This document shows positions 57,651 through 64,000 of a stretch of 64,000 nt of DNA, in pieces. The translations under genes and the position numbers were made by a program. The first letter of the stretch is position 1; each line of letters opens with the position of its first letter. This DNA is from Escherichia coli (GTDB lineage: Bacteria > Pseudomonadota > Gammaproteobacteria > Enterobacterales > Enterobacteriaceae), in assembly GCF_003334785.1 (NCBI RefSeq), contig NZ_QOWV01000016.1. One strand, given 5' to 3'. The notes under the pieces are model-generated. The model searched no databases. It was not told the origin of the DNA and saw only the letters and a program-made list of their open reading frames with translations.

Positions 57651-58553
57651 ATGTCACAGGTTACTGAAAATAAAGTGATTAGCGCACCGGTGCCGATGAC
57701 CCCGTTACAGGAGTTCTGGCACTATTTTAAACGCAACAAAGGCGCGGTCGTCGGGCTGGTTTACGTCGTCATCGTGCTGTTCATCGCGATCTTTGCCAAC
57801 TGGATTGCACCCTATAACCCGGCGGAACAGTTCCGCGATGCACTGCTCGCCCCGCCAGCCTGGCAGGAAGGCGGCAGCATGGCGCACTTGCTGGGCACCG
57901 ATGACGTAGGCCGTGATGTGCTGTCGCGCCTGATGTACGGTGCGCGCCTGTCGCTGCTGGTTGGCTGTCTGGTAGTTGTGTTATCGCTGATTATGGGCGT
58001 TATTCTCGGCCTGATCGCCGGTTACTTTGGCGGCCTGGTCGATAACATCATTATGCGCGTGGTCGATATCATGCTGGCGCTGCCAAGTCTGCTGCTGGCG
58101 CTGGTGCTGGTGGCAATTTTCGGCCCGTCGATTGGTAACGCCGCGCTGGCACTGACCTTCGTTGCCTTGCCGCACTATGTGCGCTTAACCCGCGCCGCCG
58201 TGCTGGTGGAAGTTAACCGCGATTACGTCACCGCGTCTCGCGTGGCGGGTGCCGGGGCGATGCGTCAGATGTTTATTAACATCTTCCCGAACTGCCTTGC
58301 GCCGCTGATTGTTCAGGCGTCGCTCGGTTTCTCTAACGCCATTCTCGATATGGCTGCTCTTGGTTTCCTCGGCATGGGGGCACAGCCGCCAACGCCTGAG
58401 TGGGGCACCATGCTCTCCGACGTGTTGCAGTTCGCGCAAAGCGCCTGGTGGGTCGTGACCTTCCCGGGTCTGGCGATCCTGCTGACGGTGCTGGCATTTA
58501 ACCTGATGGGTGACGGTCTGCGTGACGCGCTCGATCCCAAACTGAAGCAGTAA
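57651..58553 (+). CDS. dppC: dipeptide ABC transporter permease
   Basis: 300-aa ORF recognised. Confidence 0.95.
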
Positions 58554-58563
58554 GAGGTTCGAG

Positions 58564-59547
58564 ATGGCGTTATTAAATGTAGATAAATTATCGGTGCATT
58601 TCGGCGACGAAAGCGCGCCGTTCCGCGCCGTAGACCGCATCAGCTACAGCGTAAAACAGGGCGAAGTGGTCGGGATTGTGGGTGAGTCCGGCTCCGGTAA
58701 GTCGGTCAGTTCACTGGCGATTATGGGGCTGATTGATTATCCGGGCCGCGTAATGGCAGAAAAACTGGAGTTTAACGGCCAGGATTTGCAGCGTATCTCA
58801 GAAAAAGAGCGCCGCAACCTGGTGGGTGCCGAAGTGGCGATGATCTTCCAGGACCCGATGACCAGCCTTAACCCGTGCTACACCGTGGGTTTCCAGATTA
58901 TGGAAGCGATTAAGGTGCATCAGGGCGGCAACAAAAGTACCCGCCGTCAGCGAGCGATTGACCTGCTGAATCAGGTCGGTATTCCCGATCCGGCATCGCG
59001 TCTGGATGTTTACCCGCATCAGCTTTCCGGCGGCATGAGCCAGCGCGTGATGATCGCCATGGCGATTGCCTGTCGGCCAAAACTGCTGATTGCCGATGAA
59101 CCGACCACCGCGCTGGACGTGACCATTCAGGCGCAAATCATCGAACTACTGCTGGAGCTACAGCAGAAAGAGAACATGGCGCTGGTGTTAATTACCCATG
59201 ACCTGGCGCTGGTGGCGGAAGCGGCACATAAAATCATCGTGATGTATGCAGGCCAGGTGGTGGAAACCGGTGATGCGCACGCCATCTTCCATGCGCCGCG
59301 TCACCCGTATACTCAGGCATTGCTGCGTGCGCTGCCAGAATTTGCTCAGGACAAAGAACGTCTGGCGTCGTTGCCAGGTGTCGTTCCCGGCAAGTACGAC
59401 CGCCCGAACGGCTGCCTGCTTAACCCGCGCTGCCCCTATGCCACTGACAGATGTCGCGCTGAAGAACCGGCGCTGAATATGCTCGCTGACGGGCGTCAGT
59501 CCAAATGCCATTACCCACTTGATGATGCCGGGAGGCCGACACTATGA
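58564..59547 (+). CDS. dppD: dipeptide ABC transporter ATP-binding protein
   Basis: 327-aa ORF with Walker A GESGSGKS. Confidence 0.95.
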
Positions 59548-60548
59548 GTACGCAAGAGGCCACCCTGCAACAACCGCTGTTGCAGGCTATCGACCTGAAA
59601 AAACATTATCCGGTGAAGAAAGGCATGTTCGCGCCGGAACGTCTGGTTAAAGCGCTGGATGGCGTTTCGTTTAACCTTGAACGTGGCAAAACGCTGGCAG
59701 TAGTGGGCGAATCTGGCTGCGGTAAATCGACCCTCGGTCGGTTGCTGACGATGATTGAAATGCCCACCGGTGGCGAGCTGTATTACCAGGGGCAGGATCT
59801 GCTTAAGCACGATCCGCAGGCGCAGAAGCTGCGTCGGCAGAAAATCCAGATCGTCTTCCAGAACCCTTACGGTTCGCTGAATCCGCGTAAAAAAGTCGGG
59901 CAAATTCTTGAAGAGCCGCTGCTGATCAACACCAGCTTAAGCAAAGAACAGCGTCGGGAAAAAGCCCTGTCGATGATGGCGAAAGTCGGCCTGAAAACCG
60001 AGCACTATGACCGCTATCCGCATATGTTCTCCGGCGGTCAGCGTCAGCGTATCGCCATCGCCCGTGGTCTGATGCTCGACCCGGATGTGGTGATTGCCGA
60101 TGAACCGGTTTCCGCGCTGGATGTTTCAGTGCGCGCGCAGGTGCTGAATCTGATGATGGATTTGCAGCAGGAGTTGGGGCTGTCTTATGTCTTTATCTCC
60201 CACGACCTGTCGGTGGTGGAGCACATTGCTGATGAAGTGATGGTGATGTACCTGGGCCGCTGCGTGGAGAAGGGAACGAAAGACCAAATCTTCAATAACC
60301 CGCGCCATCCGTACACTCAGGCGCTACTTTCCGCGACGCCGCGCCTGAACCCGGACGATCGCCGCGAGCGCATCAAGCTCAGCGGTGAACTACCAAGCCC
60401 ACTGAATCCACCGCCGGGTTGCGCCTTCAACGCCCGCTGTCGTCGGCGCTTCGGCCCCTGCACCCAGTTGCAGCCGCAGCTAAAAGACTACGGCGGTCAA
60501 CTGGTAGCTTGTTTTGCTGTTGATCAGGATGAAAATCCGCAGCGTTAA
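59544..60548 (+). CDS. dppF: dipeptide ABC transporter ATP-binding protein
   Basis: 334-aa ORF with Walker A GESGCGKS; ATGA overlap with dppD. Confidence 0.95.
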
Positions 60549-60577
60549 CTCACAAAACCGGGGCCATGCGCTCCGGT

Positions 60578-61849
60578 TTACTCAATCAGCTTCAACAGTG
60601 GCGACAAGCATAGCAAAATGCCGTACAGCAGAATCAGCCAGGCTTTAAATCCGCGAAGTTTTTCCAGTTGTGCGACTTTATAGATCAGGAAAAACGGAAT
60701 GAGGCACGACACAATACCATATAACGGGCTTCCCAACTGAAAGAACACCAGCACCGATACACGAAACGAAACCCAAATCGTCAACGTAATGACGATAAAA
60801 GCGCAGATCGCTAGAGTCAGCACGCGTGAGTTAATTTTCTTGGTATCAATAATTCGGCTTAACAGATTGAGAATAATGCCTTTAATGGCCTCGTGGAAAC
60901 CGAGATAAATGCCAAAGAATGCGGTCAGTACGGCAAAGATATTAAGCACCGTAGAGGTGATATGAATGATATGCCCAGGGATCACCTGCGCGGCCAGCGC
61001 CAGTGCTGAGATATTTTGTTCAAAGGCAGAAACGGCTTCTTCGTGGCTAATTGAGAAGGTAAACGAAAAGGCAAAAAACAGGATCACCGCGATGAGCGTG
61101 ATATAACTAATTCGGTGGGTACGCAGCGCGAGCCGGGTTGCCAGTACTTTATCCGCTTCCCGTTTACGATAGGCAATATTCATTGGGTTAAGTACCTGAA
61201 TAAATACTGCAGAAAAGAAGCAAAATGGAATGGTAAGCAAGACATCGCGGAAAAAGACGGAGGCTTGCGGGAAGGCGGTTATATTGGCGAAATTCCAGTG
61301 CGGGATCATCGCAAAACCGAACACGACAATAATCCCTACTTTGACCACCACCATTGGCCCGGAAATCTTAAACAGTAATCGTTCACCACCAGACGCAATC
61401 GCCACCAGTACGGCGAAAATAGCGACTTTATAAAGTAGAGATTGTGAAAGATCGGCATCGGTTAAACCGAAGGTTTTCAGGTACGAGGCGCTGTCGAAAA
61501 CCACGGAGAGAGAGTAGATAAAAATCCCGTGGATAATCATCAAAAAGTAGATAACCCCGAGGAAAATTCCCCAGTTCTTCCCCAGGTAATGACTGATAAT
61601 ATCGGTGTAGTCATTACAGGAATCGCTTTCAGAAAGGGTTTTTAAATAAATGTCCTGCACTACCCAGGTGGCAGGATAAGCAATGATCGCTGCGGTAATA
61701 AATACCCAAATTCCCTTCAAGCCAATTTGTACTGGCATCAGCACGGTTCCGGCACCAATCGCCATGCCTATGCATAATAAAACCCAGCCGAAGTCGTAGC
61801 GTGTAAACGGCAATTTCTGATTGTGTTTCGATAGTGTGTTGTGCTGCAT
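60578..61849 (-). CDS. yhjV: amino-acid transporter family membrane protein
   Basis: Recognised N-terminus [22 protein letters not shown] at 61849 (423 codons); track's 21-codon 5' extension rejected. Confidence 0.85.
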
Positions 61850-62207
61850 AAAGTCCTGTCCAGAAAGAAGTCGGCCTCGCAAAAATGAATAAACCCAGTT
61901 TCTCTTGCGCAACAGGTGGAGAAGTCGAATACGCAGTATGTAAAAAATGAGGCAACAGATTCACTGGGGAGGTCGCGAGGAGGCGCAATTCTACAAAATT
62001 GCGCATTTCACTACCAGTCTGGAGTCAGCCCGGATATGAACTGCAACTATTGCAAATAAAGAAATTAAGCTGGAAGGCATCGCGCAATGAGGAAGATTGC
62101 CGGGTGCTGACAGTAAAAAGCAATCGTAGAATCAGCGGCAAGCCGGAAAGGTTCCGGTGAGGCGCAATGTTGCGGGGGCTTTATCCCTGGTGGCATTGGT
62201 TGCTGGA

Positions 62208-62276
62208 GAGAGAAAACCCCCGCACGTTGCAGGTATGCACCTGACAACACCACGGGGGCTAATCTTGACTCTAGAC
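62208..62276 (-). ncRNA. rdlD: candidate Rdl-type antisense RNA for ldrD
   Basis: Minus strand reads gtctagagtcaagattagcccccgtggtgttgtcaggtgcatacctgcaacgtgcgggggttttctct: long GC-rich hairpin (cccccg...cggggg) plus U-tract, 50 to 115 nt upstream of ldrD; boundaries approximate. Confidence 0.5.
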
Positions 62277-62324
62277 CACTCAAGAATAGCCGCGAAACGT
62301 TGTCATTACAACACAGGCGGCTAT

Positions 62325-62432
62325 ATGACGTTCGCAGAGCTGGGCATGGCCTTCTGGCATGATTTAGCGGCTCCGGTCATTGCTGGCATTCTTGCCAGTA
62401 TGATCGTGAACTGGCTGAACAAGCGGAAGTAA
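62325..62432 (+). CDS. ldrD: Ldr-family type I toxin peptide (35 aa)
   Basis: MTFAELGMAFWHDLAAPVIAGILASMIVNWLNKRK from ATG 62325, inside a longer track ORF; recognised Ldr peptide. Confidence 0.85.
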   Translation: MTFAELGMAFWHDLAAPVIAGILASMIVNWLNKRK

Positions 62433-62482
62433 CGTGTCATGCGGGCGTCAGGCTGCCGTAATGGCAATTTGCGCCCGGACCA

Positions 62483-62513
62483 GGCCGCAGGGGGGAAACT
62501 CTGCGGCCTTTTT
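62483..62513 (+). terminator. hairpin plus T-run between convergent ldrD and bcsG
   Basis: ggccgcag gggggaaact ctgcggcc followed by TTTTT. Confidence 0.65.
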
Positions 62514-62518
62514 CGTTC

Positions 62519-64000
62519 TTACTGCGGGTAAGGCACCCAGTCGCCGCCGTTCAGGCGAACGTACGGTTTATCCTGGTATTGAATAACTACTGCATTTGAG
62601 TTCTCGGAGACCGGTGCTGTTTGTGGCAACCCACTGGTGAGTTTTTTCCAGTCAACATTGTCTTCGGTGAAAATCTTGCCATCGAGAACGCGAACCACCA
62701 GATCGGAGATAGCCAGGAAGCTGCTCGGTTGTTCGATGACAATCGGTGCCCCCTGATGCGGTGCCTTCATGCCGAAGAATTTCACCCCAACGGGGACGTC
62801 GGTGATAGACGGGCTAGGGATATCACGTAGGCCAGATACCTGCATTCTGTCGCCCTTCAGCGCGCCGCCGTGTTCCGGCACCACGACCACCATCACTTTA
62901 CGACCCGATTTCTCAAGTTCAGTAAAGAAGGCGTCCAGTTCATCAAAGAATTTCTGCGCCCGCGCTTTGTAATCCGCTGTTTTGCTGACCCCCGGATAAT
63001 GGTTGCCGTCATGCAGTGGAAGAGTGTTGTAGAACGTGGCACTACGGCTGTTTTTATCTTTTTCGGTAACGTCCAGCCAGCGGTTAAGCACAGCGGTATC
63101 GTCATAAACCGGCGAACCATCAAAGCCCAGCAAAATAACCGGCAGATTTGTTTGATCCATCAATTCGCTCTGCATGCCGCCATTTTCGCGAACTTCTTTC
63201 AAAAAACCGCCGAACTGGCCGTTATGTCCCATCATCAGGTGCTGGGTAAAGCCCAGTTTCGAAAGGTTATCAAACAGATAGCAGTCGTTATTTGCCGGTT
63301 GATACAGATTAGTGTGCGAAGTCTGCCCGCAGCTGGCGCGCAGTAAACGGATCGCCGCCGGGCCACTGTAGGAGGTGGCGGAGTTAAAGTTCTTGAACTC
63401 AATATCGAAATGCGACCACAGTGGATGCGACATCAACCCGGCGGCTTCTATATCCGACCAGGAAAGCGAACAGATGTTAATCACCAGTAGTTCAAATGGC
63501 TGAGCATCAGCGGGCAGCGAAGACGGGAAGGTCGATTTACGTTTCGCCTCCGCGTTATAGAAATTATTCAGCCAGGCGTTAAGGTTCGCCGTTGTTGGCG
63601 GTGCAGTTTGTGCGGGCATATCACCCACTACCGGTGCGCCACCCGTCGCCGCAACGGTTGCCGCTGCGTTACCACCCGTCGTTGTTACAGTGGTCGTCGG
63701 TTGTCCGGCTGGCCACAAGGAGAAACTTGGTCCCGCCAGGGTAAGTACGTTCAGCCATAGCAGTATGGCAACCACAAAAACGGTAATGCGAATCCATTGT
63801 GACAGGAATAACCAGGCCACTAATAAAACAAAAATGGCCCCAATCATCTGCCAGTTAATAAAGCGTGTGACAAGGTCGATTAAATAATCGGTACTGAACC
63901 CCGCCACCTGCGAACCCTGGCTCATTATGCTTTCCGGGCCAGGCAACCAGGTGTCATGCCAGAACAAAGCAAAGCCGATCGGCAGGGCAATCCAGTGGCG
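62519..64000 (-). CDS. bcsG: cellulose biosynthesis protein BcsG, C-terminal ~490 codons (5' end beyond window)
   Basis: ORF runs to the window edge; N-terminal TM segments and C-terminal alkaline-phosphatase-like domain, recognised as YhjU/BcsG. Confidence 0.85.
   Translation of the reverse strand, partial: RHWIALPIGFALFWHDTWLPGPESIMSQGSQVAGFSTDYLIDLVTRFINWQMIGAIFVLLVAWLFLSQWIRITVFVVAILLWLNVLTLAGPSFSLWPAGQPTTTVTTTGGNAAATVAATGGAPVVGDMPAQTAPPTTANLNAWLNNFYNAEAKRKSTFPSSLPADAQPFELLVINICSLSWSDIEAAGLMSHPLWSHFDIEFKNFNSATSYSGPAAIRLLRASCGQTSHTNLYQPANNDCYLFDNLSKLGFTQHLMMGHNGQFGGFLKEVRENGGMQSELMDQTNLPVILLGFDGSPVYDDTAVLNRWLDVTEKDKNSRSATFYNTLPLHDGNHYPGVSKTADYKARAQKFFDELDAFFTELEKSGRKVMVVVVPEHGGALKGDRMQVSGLRDIPSPSITDVPVGVKFFGMKAPHQGAPIVIEQPSSFLAISDLVVRVLDGKIFTEDNVDWKKLTSGLPQTAPVSENSNAVVIQYQDKPYVRLNGGDWVPYPQ

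Overview
This window reads as a contiguous, gene-dense segment of an Escherichia coli K-12-like chromosome, in reverse orientation to the usual K-12 numbering. All gene identities come from recognising the translated ORFs and synteny from memory; no database search was run. Order: the 5' end of an Rhs element (rhsA), yibF, selA-selB, yiaY, aldB, yiaW-yiaV, yiaU, yiaT, the cryptic L-ascorbate-like operon (yiaK-L-M-N-O, lyxK, sgbH, sgbU, sgbE) with its divergent repressor yiaJ, ysaA, avtA, malS, bax, the xylose regulon (xylR, xylFGH, xylAB), yiaB, yiaA, wecH, ysaB, glyQ-glyS, one complete IS150 inserted just upstream of the hokA toxin gene, cspA, yiaG, yiaF, ghrB, yiaD, bisC, yiaC, tag, yhjY, yhjX, eptB, tRNA-Pro(CGG), dppABCDF, yhjV, the ldrD/rdlD toxin-antisense pair and the 3' part of bcsG. 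I found no CRISPR array, no prophage and no convincing evidence of an undescribed multi-gene system. The observations most worth a second look are: (1) lyxK is out of frame at an A7 homopolymer and reads into sgbH; (2) a 108-bp module carrying the last 19 nt of tRNA-Pro plus its terminator is directly repeated 168 bp downstream; (3) the hokA locus is split by IS150; (4) the ldrD/rdlD type I toxin-antitoxin locus; (5) a direct-repeat regulator site upstream of yhjX; and (6) two unassigned small ORFs in intergenic regions.
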